Numbered from the stretch's first letter, positions 29,340 to 41,042 are shown. The stretch: 56,024 bases of DNA from Planctomycetaceae bacterium (GCA_043738805.1 JAYUFI010000999.1:1-56024); one strand, 5' to 3'. Translations and numbers: made by a program. Notes: a model not told the origin generated them from the sequence alone.

Positions 29340-29975
29340 ATGCGAGACCCGTGTGATGAGAGCGTTCCGAAAAATGGTTCCGGCTTCAATCGCCGCGACT
29401 TCTTGAGAGGCTCCGGTGCCGCAGTCGCCGCGACCGCGCTGGCCACGAGCGATCAAGGTGCTTCCGCTCAAGATGCCGCAACAAAGAAGAACGTCACTTC
29501 CGCCGCTGCGCAGGACGTGACGCTCAACGTCAACGGCAAAGACCACACGGTCAAGGTGGAGCCGCGAGTCACGCTGCTCGACACCTTGCGCGACGACTTG
29601 AACCTCACCGGTTGCAAGGACGTCTGCGACACGACCAATTGCGGTGCCTGCACGGTGCTCATCGACGGCAAGCCGACGTATGCCTGTGCTCGGTTTGCGG
29701 TCGAATGTGTGGGCAAGAAAGTCACGACTGTGGAGTCGCTGACCGCTGGCGGCAAGGTCGATCCGGTCGTCTCCTGCTTCGTGAAGCATGATGCCTCGCA
29801 GTGCGGTTTCTGCACGCCGGGCTTCGTCATGGCGACGAAAGCCTTTTGCGACAAAAACCCGGGCGCGACGCTCGATCAAGTCCGCAAAGGACTGGGCGGG
29901 AATATCTGCCGGTGCGGCACGTATGTCGGCATCACGGCCTGTGCGATGGAATTGGTCAAGAAGGGAGGCAAGTAA
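29340..29975 (+). CDS. (2Fe-2S)-binding small subunit of a xanthine-dehydrogenase-family molybdoenzyme, with Tat signal
   Basis: Twin-arginine motif: NRRDFLRGSGAAVAATALA. Ferredoxin-type cluster motif: GCKDVCDTTNCGACTV. Second cluster motif: CGFCTPGF...CRCGTY. Confidence 0.9.
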   Translation: MRDPCDESVPKNGSGFNRRDFLRGSGAAVAATALATSDQGASAQDAATKKNVTSAAAQDVTLNVNGKDHTVKVEPRVTLLDTLRDDLNLTGCKDVCDTTNCGACTVLIDGKPTYACARFAVECVGKKVTTVESLTAGGKVDPVVSCFVKHDASQCGFCTPGFVMATKAFCDKNPGATLDQVRKGLGGNICRCGTYVGITACAMELVKKGGK

Positions 29976-29977
29976 CT

Positions 29978-32266
29978 ATGGCGACTGAACTCAACGTGGC
30001 CTGGGGGCCTCGCAAAGACAACGTTCATCTTGGCAAGGAAATCCAGCGGCTCGACGGCATCGAGAAAGCGTCGGGCGTGGCGAAGTACACCGCCGACACG
30101 AACCCGAAGGACTGCTTGGTCGCGAAAGTGCTGACCTTCAAAGGTGGCGCGGCGATCGTCAAAAGCCTCAACCTCGACGACGCCAAGAAGATGCCTGGTG
30201 TGAAGGCCGTTCATGCTTTCGTCAAAGAGGGTGACGAGCTGTTGTGGGACGGCACGATCGTCGCCGCAGTCGCTGCCGAACGGCAGGAGCAAGCAGAAGA
30301 CGGCGTGCGAGCCATCAAGGTCGAGTACACCCTCAAAGAGCACTTTGTTGACGAAGACGATCTTATCGGCGCGACGAAGTTGCACGAGTTGCGTACCGGC
30401 GAATTGCAGGCGACGTTCCCGGCGGACATTCAAGCGTTGCTAAAGAAGCCCGCAGACGATCGCTCCGACGACGAGAACAAAAAGTTGAAACCGTTCCAAA
30501 AGCAACTGGATGCGGTCGCTCGTATCAAGCCGCAGGGCGAGAACACAAAAGGTGATGTCGCCGACGCGATTAAGTCGGCGGCTGTCGTCCACAAAGGAAC
30601 GTATGGCATCGCGACGATCAGCCACATGTGCCTCGAACCACACGGCTCGGTCTGTCGGTTCGACGGGAACAAGCTCAACGTCAACCTCTCAACGCAGAAC
30701 GTCAGCGGCACCGCTGGTCAGTTCGCTGGCCCACTGGGCATGGATCAAGCGGACGTGACGGTGAATTGCGTTTACGTTGGTGGTGGCTTCGGTTCGAAGT
30801 TCGCCGCCGATGACTGGGGCATCGCCGCTGCGAAGATGTCGAAAGAGACCGGACGCCCGGTGCGATTGATGCTCGACCGTGCGACAGAATTGAAGATCGC
30901 AGGCACACGACCATCGGGTTTCGCAGAAGTGACGATCGCTGCCGACAAGGATGGCAAAGTTGTCGCTTGGGACAGCCATCACTGGGGCACGAACGGAGGC
31001 ATGAAGGGGGGCACGATCAACCTCGCGCAGTTCCCGTATGTCTTTGATTTCGACAATCGCAATCGCAAGGCGACGGGCTTGGTGACAAACGCTGGTCCTG
31101 ATCGAGCGTGGCGTGCGCCGCCGCACCCGCAACTCTGTGCGTTGACCGATACGGCGTTGGACGACATCGCGGCCAAGCTCGGCAAGAGCGCGGTCGATGT
31201 GTTCCTGGCCAACATCGACAAGACGAAAGAGTCGTTGCAAGCGACCTACATCGCCGAGATCAAGCGAGCGGCCGAACTCATCGGTTGGTCTAAGAAGTGG
31301 CATCCGCACGGCAAGGGAAGCGACGGAGCCGTCAAGCGCGGCCTCGGCATGGCCATCCACACGTGGGGCGGCAAAGCTCACGCGGCGACATGCACCGTCC
31401 GCATCAATCCGGACGGCAGCGTGGAGTCGCTGAGCGGTACGCAAGACATCGGCACCGGCACTCGCACCGCGATTGCCATTGTGCTCGGTGAGACGTTCGG
31501 TCTGCCGATCGAAGCGGTCAAAGTGCGGTATGGTTCGAGCGTTTATCCTCGATCCGGCCCCTCTGGCGGCAGCACGACGATTGGTGGCGTCACCGGCCCG
31601 AACCGGCGAGCGGCGATCTTGGCTCTCGGCAAACTGTTCGACGCTGTGGCCGCGAAGCACAAGGTCGATGGCAACTCGCTCAAGGCGAAGGACGGTAAGA
31701 TCTGGTCTGACGGCAAAGAAGTCTGCACCTGGAAGGCCGCGTGCGGTCTTCTCGGCATGATGGGGATCGAGACCACGGGCGAAGGTCCGAAGGACGACGG
31801 CCTCACCAGCGAGCAAGTCGGCGGCGTGCAGATGGCCGATGTCTCAGTCGATACCGAAACCGGCATCGTCCGCATCAACCAGTTTGTCGCCGTTCAGGAC
31901 TGCGGATTGATCGTCGATTTGCTAACGGCCAAGAGCCAAGTTTACGGCGGCATGATCATGGGAATCGCGTACTCGCTGACCGAGGAACAAATTCTCGACA
32001 ACAAGACCGGTCGCTACATCAACGCCGACATGGAGAACTACAAGCTCCCGCGCATCGGCGACATCGGCGAACTGATTGTCGAGATGTACCAGCCCGACAG
32101 CGAATACGAACGAGGCGTCATCGGCCTCGGCGAACCCCCGGTCATCGCCTGCGGAGCGGCGATCAGCAACGCCGTTGCCAACGCCACCGGAGTCCGAGTC
32201 CCCACAATCCCGCTCACGCCGAAGCGAGTGCTCGATGCGCTCAAAGCGGCGAAAGCAAAGGCGTAA
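29978..32266 (+). CDS. molybdopterin-binding large subunit (xanthine dehydrogenase/aldehyde oxidoreductase family)
   Basis: ATG at 29978 lies 7 nt after AAGGGAGG and 2 nt after the stop of the FeS gene. The protein is about 760 aa with GGGFGSK, ..ISHMCLEPHG.., QDIGTGTRT and GLGEPPVI motifs. Confidence 0.9.
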   Translation: MATELNVAWGPRKDNVHLGKEIQRLDGIEKASGVAKYTADTNPKDCLVAKVLTFKGGAAIVKSLNLDDAKKMPGVKAVHAFVKEGDELLWDGTIVAAVAAERQEQAEDGVRAIKVEYTLKEHFVDEDDLIGATKLHELRTGELQATFPADIQALLKKPADDRSDDENKKLKPFQKQLDAVARIKPQGENTKGDVADAIKSAAVVHKGTYGIATISHMCLEPHGSVCRFDGNKLNVNLSTQNVSGTAGQFAGPLGMDQADVTVNCVYVGGGFGSKFAADDWGIAAAKMSKETGRPVRLMLDRATELKIAGTRPSGFAEVTIAADKDGKVVAWDSHHWGTNGGMKGGTINLAQFPYVFDFDNRNRKATGLVTNAGPDRAWRAPPHPQLCALTDTALDDIAAKLGKSAVDVFLANIDKTKESLQATYIAEIKRAAELIGWSKKWHPHGKGSDGAVKRGLGMAIHTWGGKAHAATCTVRINPDGSVESLSGTQDIGTGTRTAIAIVLGETFGLPIEAVKVRYGSSVYPRSGPSGGSTTIGGVTGPNRRAAILALGKLFDAVAAKHKVDGNSLKAKDGKIWSDGKEVCTWKAACGLLGMMGIETTGEGPKDDGLTSEQVGGVQMADVSVDTETGIVRINQFVAVQDCGLIVDLLTAKSQVYGGMIMGIAYSLTEEQILDNKTGRYINADMENYKLPRIGDIGELIVEMYQPDSEYERGVIGLGEPPVIACGAAISNAVANATGVRVPTIPLTPKRVLDALKAAKAKA

Positions 32267-32270
32267 TTTT

Positions 32271-32338
32271 GTGGCGCACGCGGCTCGCGTGCGCCAATTT
32301 CCTGATATCGTTCCTCGCACGCGAGCCGCGTGCGCTAC
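32271..32338. repeat. REPIN-like doublet inside the molybdoenzyme operon
   Basis: GTGGCGCACGCGGCTCGCGTGCGCC (32271-32295; 10-bp stem, 3-nt loop) is paired with GCACGCGAGCCGCGTGCGCTAC (32317-32338). They are inverted. The second copy abuts the AGGAGG SD of the FAD-subunit gene. Confidence 0.8.
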
Positions 32339-32350
32339 AGGAGGTCAACC

Positions 32351-33403
32351 ATGCGATCCTTCGAATACGCTCGTCCTGAAACCGAGGCCGAAGCGCTGGA
32401 ACTGCTGGCCGAACACGGCGGCAATACGGCGGTCTTGGCCGGCGGAACTGACTTAATGACTCTGCTCAAACGCGATGTGATCCAACCGGCTCGCGTCGTC
32501 GACATCAAAAACATCCCGTCGCTGCGTGGCATCAAGCTGCACGACAACGGCGTGTTGATCGGTGCGAACACGACGCTCGATGAACTCAACGAGCACGCGC
32601 TCGCCGCCGACTATCGTTCGCTGACGGACGTGATCGGAGGAATCCGCTCGATCCAGATCACCGCCAACGGCACGCTTGCCGGTGATCTGTGCCAGTTGCC
32701 TCACTGCTGGTACTACCGCAACGGCCACGGCCTGCTCGCCCTGCAAGACGGCGAGTCACTCGTCGCCACCGGTGACAACCGCTACCACGCCATCCTCGGC
32801 AACAGCGGCTCAGCGAAGTTCGTCAGCGCGTCACGCTTCGCTCCGCCGATGATTGCTTGGGACGCGAAGGTGCGAGTCGTCAGTCGTCAGTTGTCAGCCG
32901 TTAATAGTCGGTTGACAAACTCAACGGACAACGGACAACGAACGACTGACCTCAAAGAAGAATGGCTCCCGTTGGAATACTTCTTCATCACGCCGAAGAC
33001 CAACGCTCAAGGCGTGACGGTTCTCAAGCCCAGCCAGTTGATCACGCACCTCTGGCTCCCCGCCGCGAAAGAAACTCGCAGCGCGACCTATGAGGTTCTG
33101 CAACTCGAAGGTCTCGATCAGCCGCAAGTGAGTGCCGCCGCGTGCGTCGGTCTTGAAGGTGGCATCGTCCGCACCGCGAAGATTGTGCTCGGCCACGTCG
33201 CTCCGACCCCGTGGATCGCCCACGAAGCGAGCCGCTGGCTTGTCGGCCAAAAGCTGACCGCCGACACCGCCGACACCGCTGGCCAGATGGCCGTCGCCAA
33301 AGCTACGCCGCTCAGTCAGAACGACTACAAAGTCCAACAAGCCCAGACCGCCGTGAAGCGAGCGTTGCTCAAAGCCACCAACCAACTCGGCGAAGTCTTG
33401 TAG
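32351..33403 (+). CDS. FAD-binding subunit (CO dehydrogenase flavoprotein-like) of the molybdoenzyme
   Basis: MRSFEYARPETEAEALELLAEHGGNTAVLAGGTDLMTLLK and ..IRSIQITANGTLAGDLCQ.. are present. An atypical ~24-aa segment lies at aa ~177-200. Confidence 0.88.
   Translation: MRSFEYARPETEAEALELLAEHGGNTAVLAGGTDLMTLLKRDVIQPARVVDIKNIPSLRGIKLHDNGVLIGANTTLDELNEHALAADYRSLTDVIGGIRSIQITANGTLAGDLCQLPHCWYYRNGHGLLALQDGESLVATGDNRYHAILGNSGSAKFVSASRFAPPMIAWDAKVRVVSRQLSAVNSRLTNSTDNGQRTTDLKEEWLPLEYFFITPKTNAQGVTVLKPSQLITHLWLPAAKETRSATYEVLQLEGLDQPQVSAAACVGLEGGIVRTAKIVLGHVAPTPWIAHEASRWLVGQKLTADTADTAGQMAVAKATPLSQNDYKVQQAQTAVKRALLKATNQLGEVL
32879..32950. repeat. imperfect palindromic element lying in-frame inside the FAD-subunit CDS
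   Basis: GTCAGTCGTCAGTTGTCAGCCGTT (32879-32902) is roughly complementary to AACGGACAACGGACAACGAACGACTGAC (32923-32950). It encodes SRQLSAVNSRLTNSTDNGQRTTD. Confidence 0.6.
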
Positions 33404-33440
33404 TTCGATTCGTCATCACGACAACTCAAGTCACACTCAG

Positions 33441-33476
33441 TCCCCGCCGGTCACCTTTGCCCGGCGGGGATTTTTT
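33441..33476 (+). terminator. rho-independent terminator after the molybdoenzyme operon
   Basis: TCCCCGCCGG (33441-33450) pairs with CCGGCGGGGA (33461-33470), followed by TTTTTT. Confidence 0.85.
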
Positions 33477-33518
33477 CTGTTCGCTCGGCAATCCTTTATT
33501 CGAGGCTTACCGCCTGGA

Positions 33519-34694
33519 TTAGTTGGTGATGACTTCGCAACCCGGTAGGAGCTTCTTGAACGCTTGGAGTGCTGTCGGAGAAACTCGGCATCCCATGACG
33601 TTCAAGCGGCGAAGGCTTTTGTGTGACTTGAGATATCCTAGTGTTTTGTCGCCGACATTGTTGCAGCCATGCAATGAAACGTCCTCAAGAGATTTGATAC
33701 CCACGAGAGCCTGCGTTCCGATATCTGAAATGTTATTCAAGCCGAGATGCAACTTCCGAAGGTGGCTCATGCCTTTTAGGTTTTGAAACAACGTCTGGTC
33801 CGTAATCCCGCAATCGTTGGCGATCAATTCTTCCAGCGTATCTAGTCCCTTGAGGTAAGGCATTCCCTTCTCGCCGAAGCGCGTTGAAGTGACGTTGAGG
33901 ACTTTTAAGGGAGGCCCTTTTTTTGAATTGAGAAACTGCAGGCCGCTTCCATTGATCGGGTCTTTCTGTAAGAGCAATTGCTCCAGCTTCGGACAATTCG
34001 CCAAGCTCTTTAGTGCTTCGTCGGAAATTGTACGCTGGCTAAGATCGACTTCTCGCAACTCAGGAAGACGACACAACGCGTCGAGATGTTCCTCACCCCC
34101 GACAGTCTGCGAAAACGCCAGTCGTTCAATACGTTCGGCTTTCACAATTGCATTGAGCGCTTCTCGATTAAGCACGAAGCCTCGCAGCTCTAGAGACTTC
34201 AACTTCGACAGAGACGAAACCACAGGTATGCCAAGTGGTGTGACTTTTGTCCCAGTCAAATTGAGATGCTCGATATTCGGAAACTTCGCAAGGTGTTGAA
34301 TTCCGACATCCGAAATCCCGTTTGCTCCCGTGAAGTCCATTTCTGTGATCGAATCCAATACGGCAGGAAGTCCCGCCAAACGTACCAAGTCATTATCCGA
34401 TCGCTGGAAGGTCGGAGTGTTGTTAAAAGCGGATAGCACCTCTTGAGGATTTTCGACCTGAATCGGTGCTGCAACAACCGGCTGTTTTACCGGTACGGTG
34501 ATGCCACCGGATTGGTCTGTTGGAGCTGACTTGGACGCTTCGAGTGGCTTCGATTCTTGTCCAGTTAGCTCTGTGAACGTGGGAACTTTTTCACATCCAC
34601 ACAACGCCAATGCAACCAGTGACGAAGTAACAACCGCAGTGGCTCGCCGAAACGGACACCGCTGATTTGACGTGTTGTAGAGATAGGCAAGCAT
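33519..34694 (-). CDS. leucine-rich-repeat (RNI/F-box-type LRR) lipoprotein
   Basis: The ATG at 34694 gives a signal with a lipobox-like sequence (SSLVALALCGCEK). Repeated ~24-aa LRR units are visible (L..L.L....I.D.GL..L..). G+C is lower than the flanks, about 47% on a sampled line. Confidence 0.75.
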   Translation of the reverse strand: MLAYLYNTSNQRCPFRRATAVVTSSLVALALCGCEKVPTFTELTGQESKPLEASKSAPTDQSGGITVPVKQPVVAAPIQVENPQEVLSAFNNTPTFQRSDNDLVRLAGLPAVLDSITEMDFTGANGISDVGIQHLAKFPNIEHLNLTGTKVTPLGIPVVSSLSKLKSLELRGFVLNREALNAIVKAERIERLAFSQTVGGEEHLDALCRLPELREVDLSQRTISDEALKSLANCPKLEQLLLQKDPINGSGLQFLNSKKGPPLKVLNVTSTRFGEKGMPYLKGLDTLEELIANDCGITDQTLFQNLKGMSHLRKLHLGLNNISDIGTQALVGIKSLEDVSLHGCNNVGDKTLGYLKSHKSLRRLNVMGCRVSPTALQAFKKLLPGCEVITN

Positions 34695-34996
34695 TAACCG
34701 ACTCCCGAAAGGTGGCCGTGTCGTGAAAGGGTAACGAGCATGAACTTTCCGCGTTCTGATGAACACGGATGCTGACAGTTGATTGATTGGCGGTAAAACG
34801 ATAGTGAACCGATTAAAAGACTGTGACAGAATATCAAACACCTAAAGTCTTCAAAGAACTACGGTAGATTGAGAACGAGTCCACCGTATCATACCAAGTA
34901 AACCGATCAATCGTTTTGAGTGAAACCAAAAAAAATCCCGTTCCTGGCGGAACGGGATCAAACTTTTTGGACGATTTACGAGCGAAATGTCTGTGC

Positions 34997-36163
34997 TTAG
35001 AAATCAGACACAGTTTCGCCGGCCCCCATAGTACCAATAGCACCCCACACGCCAAATGGGCTTCCGCCGTTGAGCGCAGCGATGCCGGTAACGGTGTAAG
35101 TGTAGTTGACACTTGCGGATGTACCTACATAGCCAGCACTCTGCGAGTTGATGTTTTCGTTAACGAAACGCACCGTTCCGTCACCGATCAAGCAGTGTGC
35201 TCCTCCAGTGTGGCGGCTGCTCACCGAGATCAAACCAACCGGGCCAACTCCAGGAGAGACGCTTAGCGTGGTAATAAAAGCCGGAGCGGCTGTAACACAC
35301 GAAGCACTGTTTGGGGGAAGCACGAGAGCAACGCCGCTATGGTAGTAAAGCCCTGACGCCCAACATTCGCCAGGGAGTTGTCCGAAGCTGGCTGCGGCAT
35401 AGTAACCTTGGATTGAGGTCGCCTTGCAATTATCGACATTACCTGCTGCAGAGGTATCCAGCCCTGTCGCATAGACACGTCCCAAAGCATCTCTCGGATT
35501 GGTTGGGTTTCCGAGATCACGTTCGGCCATGAAAACGGTATTGCTTGTCCCGTCCTGAATGTCACGAATTCGCGAACAAGATCTGAACGCAAACGGGCCA
35601 CGGTTGCGTTGGCTAATTCCCGGTGCCACTGCTGGATCACCATCGACACTGCCGTTCGCATTGCCCGCAGAACTTTGGAAAATGTTGACTGTCGTATCAC
35701 CGACATTGAACGCATAGCTAGCATGCGCCTGATTGTTGACCTGTTGTGGAATACTGCTCGAAGGACAGAGGAAAACTTCCATTTCGCCCTGCGGGGAAGC
35801 AGCCCCTCCTACCAAGTTCGGCTGCAATGGATTTCCGCGTTGATTCACGGTGTCCGTGGCAAATGTCTGCCAGAGTGGGTCCATTTCCAAGAACGGAAGC
35901 AGCATCGCGCGACCCGACAGACGCTCATTATTTGTGGTAACTCCCGACAAACCGGTGCCGCCCGCCATCGGCGCGAAGGACTGCATCGTGTCGTGGTAAT
36001 TGTGGAGCGCCAGGCCCCACTGCTTCAGATTGTTTTTGCACTGTGATCGGCGAGCAGCTTCGCGAGCTTGTTGCACAGCGGGCAACAGCAACGCAATGAG
36101 AATCGCGATAATCGCGATAACGACCAGCAACTCGATCAATGTAAAACCGCGTTTCTTCGTCAT
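34997..36163 (-). CDS. DUF1559 family protein with type IV pilin-like N-terminal cleavage/methylation motif
   Basis: [59 protein letters not shown] is the canonical prepilin leader plus DUF1559 head. Confidence 0.9.
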   Translation of the reverse strand: MTKKRGFTLIELLVVIAIIAILIALLLPAVQQAREAARRSQCKNNLKQWGLALHNYHDTMQSFAPMAGGTGLSGVTTNNERLSGRAMLLPFLEMDPLWQTFATDTVNQRGNPLQPNLVGGAASPQGEMEVFLCPSSSIPQQVNNQAHASYAFNVGDTTVNIFQSSAGNANGSVDGDPAVAPGISQRNRGPFAFRSCSRIRDIQDGTSNTVFMAERDLGNPTNPRDALGRVYATGLDTSAAGNVDNCKATSIQGYYAAASFGQLPGECWASGLYYHSGVALVLPPNSASCVTAAPAFITTLSVSPGVGPVGLISVSSRHTGGAHCLIGDGTVRFVNENINSQSAGYVGTSASVNYTYTVTGIAALNGGSPFGVWGAIGTMGAGETVSDF

Positions 36164-36643
36164 GAAAGCATTCCTTGTAGACATGGATTGGACTCCCGTA
36201 AAAAAACAAAATCTTCAATAACAAACGAGAACAACTGCTGCTAACTGCGTAACCTCCTTTAGGCGAAAACGAATGCGATCTGAAGGAAGACTTGATGGGG
36301 GCGTCAGCCTTCACAACGCCACAGTTTGCTGGCGTTCAGAACAAGATCGAAATGAAAAAAGAACTCGTGAAGGATTCTCGGTTGCCGACAGTCTGCGTCA
36401 TCGCATTCAAGAAACACCGACCGACAGTAATCGTACATAGCTGCCACCGACCAACATTGTGAATTATTTCTTTCAAACGGGCGAAAAATCAACGACAAAC
36501 TGACAAGATTCTGTGACTTATTTGATTTTGCACTCACACTTTCGGATTTCCGGCAACGCTTTTATGATTTTTCTTCGGGATGTTTTGCATCTCGTTCCCG
36601 TTTTTGTAGGCAGTCCGAAGTCGGTTTTTCAATTTTATGGAAT

Positions 36644-37729
36644 TTGAGGAGAGAGGCGTTGAATATTTTGGCAAGCGGAGAGTTGGACTTGTTGTCTCTG
36701 GGCGCGTTGGTTCATCGACTCGATCCAGGAATCATACCATTTCGCAAGGCGTCGGAGTGCCGCATTCATGTCAGCGGTGGTGAATTTAATGTGGCGGCCA
36801 ATCTTTCGGATTGTTTCCGGATGAAAACCGGAATCGCTGCCGCGATGGTCAATTATCCGATCGGAGACCTCATTGCCGAAAGAGTTCGGGCAATGGGCGT
36901 TCGGCCGTTTTACAAAATGTTCGAGCACGACGGAGTGCAGGGGCCGAACATGGCCACTGTTTACAGTGACCAAGGGCACGGTGTTCGCGCCCCCGTTGTC
37001 TTTTACAACCGGTGCAACGAAGCTGCTGCTCAACTGAAAGCAGGGGACTTCGATTGGAAGTCGATCATGGCTGGCGGAGTGCGTTGGTTCCATAGCGGTG
37101 GAATCTTCTCAGCACTTTCTAAGACAACTCCAGAGTTGGTCATCGAAGGAATGAAGGCTGCGAAAGCGGCCGGCGCGATTGTCTCGTTCGATCTAAATTT
37201 TCGTGAGAAGCTCTGGAAGATTTCTGGCGGACTTGAGACCGCTCAAAAAACGCTTCGGAGCATTGTCGAGAACGTAGATGTTTTGGTTGGAAACGAAGAA
37301 GACCTTCAGAAAGGGCTCGGTATTCCTGGGCCCGAAGTTGCCGGAAAATCCAAGCTCGATCCGAGCACGTTTTTCGCAATGATGGACCAAGTGGCTAAGC
37401 AGCTTCCAAGCGTCAAAGTCGTGGCCACAACGCTGCGCGAGGTACATTCGACAAATCGCCATGATTGGAGTGCGGTGGCGTGGGTCGAGGGAAAAACCTA
37501 TGTGGCTCCGACGTGCCAACTCGACGTGATCGATCGCGTTGGCGGAGGTGATGGTTTTGCGGCGGGGTTCATCTATGGCTTGCTCAACGGTGAGTCGCCC
37601 GAAAACGCGTTGAGGTTAGGCTGGGCTCATGGTGCGTTGCTCACCACATTCCCGGGCGACACCACGATGGCAACGGTCGAGCACGTGAGGGCTTTTGCAC
37701 AAGGCGGATCAGCTCGAATTCAGCGTTAG
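36644..37729 (+). CDS. PfkB-family sugar kinase (2-dehydro-3-deoxygluconokinase-like)
   Basis: The C-terminal PfkB signature DVIDRVGGGDGFAAGFIYGLL is present, along with N-terminal ..GGEFNVAANL... The start is uncertain (TTG at 36644). Confidence 0.8.
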   Translation: MRREALNILASGELDLLSLGALVHRLDPGIIPFRKASECRIHVSGGEFNVAANLSDCFRMKTGIAAAMVNYPIGDLIAERVRAMGVRPFYKMFEHDGVQGPNMATVYSDQGHGVRAPVVFYNRCNEAAAQLKAGDFDWKSIMAGGVRWFHSGGIFSALSKTTPELVIEGMKAAKAAGAIVSFDLNFREKLWKISGGLETAQKTLRSIVENVDVLVGNEEDLQKGLGIPGPEVAGKSKLDPSTFFAMMDQVAKQLPSVKVVATTLREVHSTNRHDWSAVAWVEGKTYVAPTCQLDVIDRVGGGDGFAAGFIYGLLNGESPENALRLGWAHGALLTTFPGDTTMATVEHVRAFAQGGSARIQR

Positions 37730-37867
37730 CTCTGTTTCGATTTGCGAACGATGTTCTCGCCTATTAATTGCTTCGGTTCACTTTGTGGCCTTCGCTAACA
37801 GAAGCAAGAAGCGGTTGCGTTTTCCTTCATCTTTTGAGGTGGCTCGAAAGGGCTAATTTTAGAAATC

Positions 37868-39340
<1,473 letters not shown>

Positions 39341-39378
39341 TCGGGTGGCTTGCCAGGACGAAGGTTTCAAAAACGAGG

Positions 39379-39409
39379 CCGGCTCTTCCAGAAGGCCGGG
39401 TTTTCTTTT
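39379..39409 (+). terminator. terminator-like hairpin after gnd
   Basis: CCGGCTCTTC (39379-39388) pairs with GAAGGCCGG (39391-39399) with one bulge, followed by GTTTTCTTTT. Confidence 0.5.
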
Positions 39410-39485
39410 GGAAGTGTTATTGAATGTCACCGTCCGACGGACAATGGCGAAATCAACTCCACCTTCGATTGCCGAGCCGCTCACA

Positions 39486-40229
39486 TCAGACGCAATGCAC
39501 CACGATGCAGGTGATGTTGTCTTTGCTGCCGCCGTCCTCGGCCGCTTTGATGATGGCGGCGGCAGCGGCTTGAGGGTCGTCCATTTTGATGAGACGAGCG
39601 AGCTGATCGAGGTCATACTTGATGCCGTCGGTGACGCCGTCCGAACAGAGCATGAAGCGGTCGCCGGCTTGAGCTTCCAGCACTTTGGCTTCGGCTCCGG
39701 TACCCCCTTCTTTCGTTCCGAGGTAACGATACAGAACGTTCTTGTAGCGATGCGTCTTCGCTTCTTCCGCAGAGATGGTGCCAGCTTCGAGGAGTGCTTG
39801 CGTCAGCGAATGATCCCGCGTCAGTTGTTCGAGTTGATTGCCACGCAAACGGTAAACGCGACTGTCGCCAACACCCGCCACGAAGAGCTTACCTCCCGCT
39901 GAGAGCATGAACGTGATCGTCGTGCCCATGTTGTGGTATTCGGGATCGAGGTTGCTCAGAGCCATGATCTCGCCGTTAGCGAAGGCGACCGCTTCGTCGA
40001 TCCGTCGCACGACGTCATCCGGCGAAGCCTTGTCGAAGTCGATCGTTTGCTCCAGACGGCGCGGAACCAACTCAGTGGCCAGAGCGCTCGCCTTCTCGCC
40101 CGCGCTCTGTCCTCCCATGCCGTCGGCGACAATGAAGAAACGCCCGCGCGGATCAACGATGAACGAGTCCTCGTTGTTCTCGCGAAAATTTCCCTTGATG
40201 CTCAGGCAACCCCAACGGACTTGAACCAT
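39486..40229 (-). CDS. PP2C-family Ser/Thr protein phosphatase
   Basis: ATG at 40229. Motifs: RENNEDSFIV, FIVADGMGGQSAGEKAS, LCSDGVTD and GSKDNITCIVV. Confidence 0.9.
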   Translation of the reverse strand: MVQVRWGCLSIKGNFRENNEDSFIVDPRGRFFIVADGMGGQSAGEKASALATELVPRRLEQTIDFDKASPDDVVRRIDEAVAFANGEIMALSNLDPEYHNMGTTITFMLSAGGKLFVAGVGDSRVYRLRGNQLEQLTRDHSLTQALLEAGTISAEEAKTHRYKNVLYRYLGTKEGGTGAEAKVLEAQAGDRFMLCSDGVTDGIKYDLDQLARLIKMDDPQAAAAAIIKAAEDGGSKDNITCIVVHCV

Positions 40230-40304
40230 CGTCGTAACCACTCGAATTGCAGAAATGAAACAAAAGTCAAAAGGGATACTGGGCAACTCGTCGGACAGAA
40301 GCCA

Positions 40305-41042
40305 TCAACCCAGCACAGTCTTCACCAAATCCTGAACGCCCAACGTCGATGCACTCACAAAATATTCGCCCGCCTCGAACCCCGCACTCGAACCATACAG
40401 CCGATTCTGGCTTTCCACCAACTGAAACACGTGCGCTTTCGTCGGCGGAAACTGAGTTTGGTACGCGCGGATCGCAGCCAATTTTAAGGGCAACGTCTCC
40501 GAAATATCCACGACGAACCCACCACTTCCCGAGCGCTCACCCGCATTCAACTGCCGCAACGCCAACGGATACCAAACTTGCTTTTGAATGATATGAGCCG
40601 GCCAACCTGCAAAATGCTCGTCCCATTTCGTCAGCCGCGAGTAGAACACGGCGGCATCCGTGATCAGCATCGCCTGCCAATGGTCGGGCGATGCGAGTGG
40701 CGTTTTGTCGAGAATACCCAACACCACACTCGGTCGAAATTTTCGGAAGAGCGTGCCCAAAGCCACGCGACTTTCAAACGAATCAAACAGCCGCCGGTTG
40801 GGCAGAGTCAGTGTCTCACGCATCTGCACACCGAGTATCTTCGCTGCCTCAGCCGCCTCTGCGAGACGCACTTCTGGTCCGGGACTGCCGGGAGTCGGCT
40901 CACCATCAGTGAGATCAACAATGCCGACTCGATACCCTTGCTGCACGAGCTTAGCCAACGTTCCGCCACACGCGATCTCCACATCGTCCGGATGCGCACC
41001 GACGGCGATGACATCCAAACGATCGGGAAATTCCACAGACAT
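40305..41042 (-). CDS. PIG-L/LmbE-family N-acetylglucosaminyl deacetylase (BshB-like)
   Basis: [22 protein letters not shown], ..DLTDGEPTP.. and ..HPDH-like SPDHWQA are present. Confidence 0.8.
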   Translation of the reverse strand: MSVEFPDRLDVIAVGAHPDDVEIACGGTLAKLVQQGYRVGIVDLTDGEPTPGSPGPEVRLAEAAEAAKILGVQMRETLTLPNRRLFDSFESRVALGTLFRKFRPSVVLGILDKTPLASPDHWQAMLITDAAVFYSRLTKWDEHFAGWPAHIIQKQVWYPLALRQLNAGERSGSGGFVVDISETLPLKLAAIRAYQTQFPPTKAHVFQLVESQNRLYGSSAGFEAGEYFVSASTLGVQDLVKTVLG

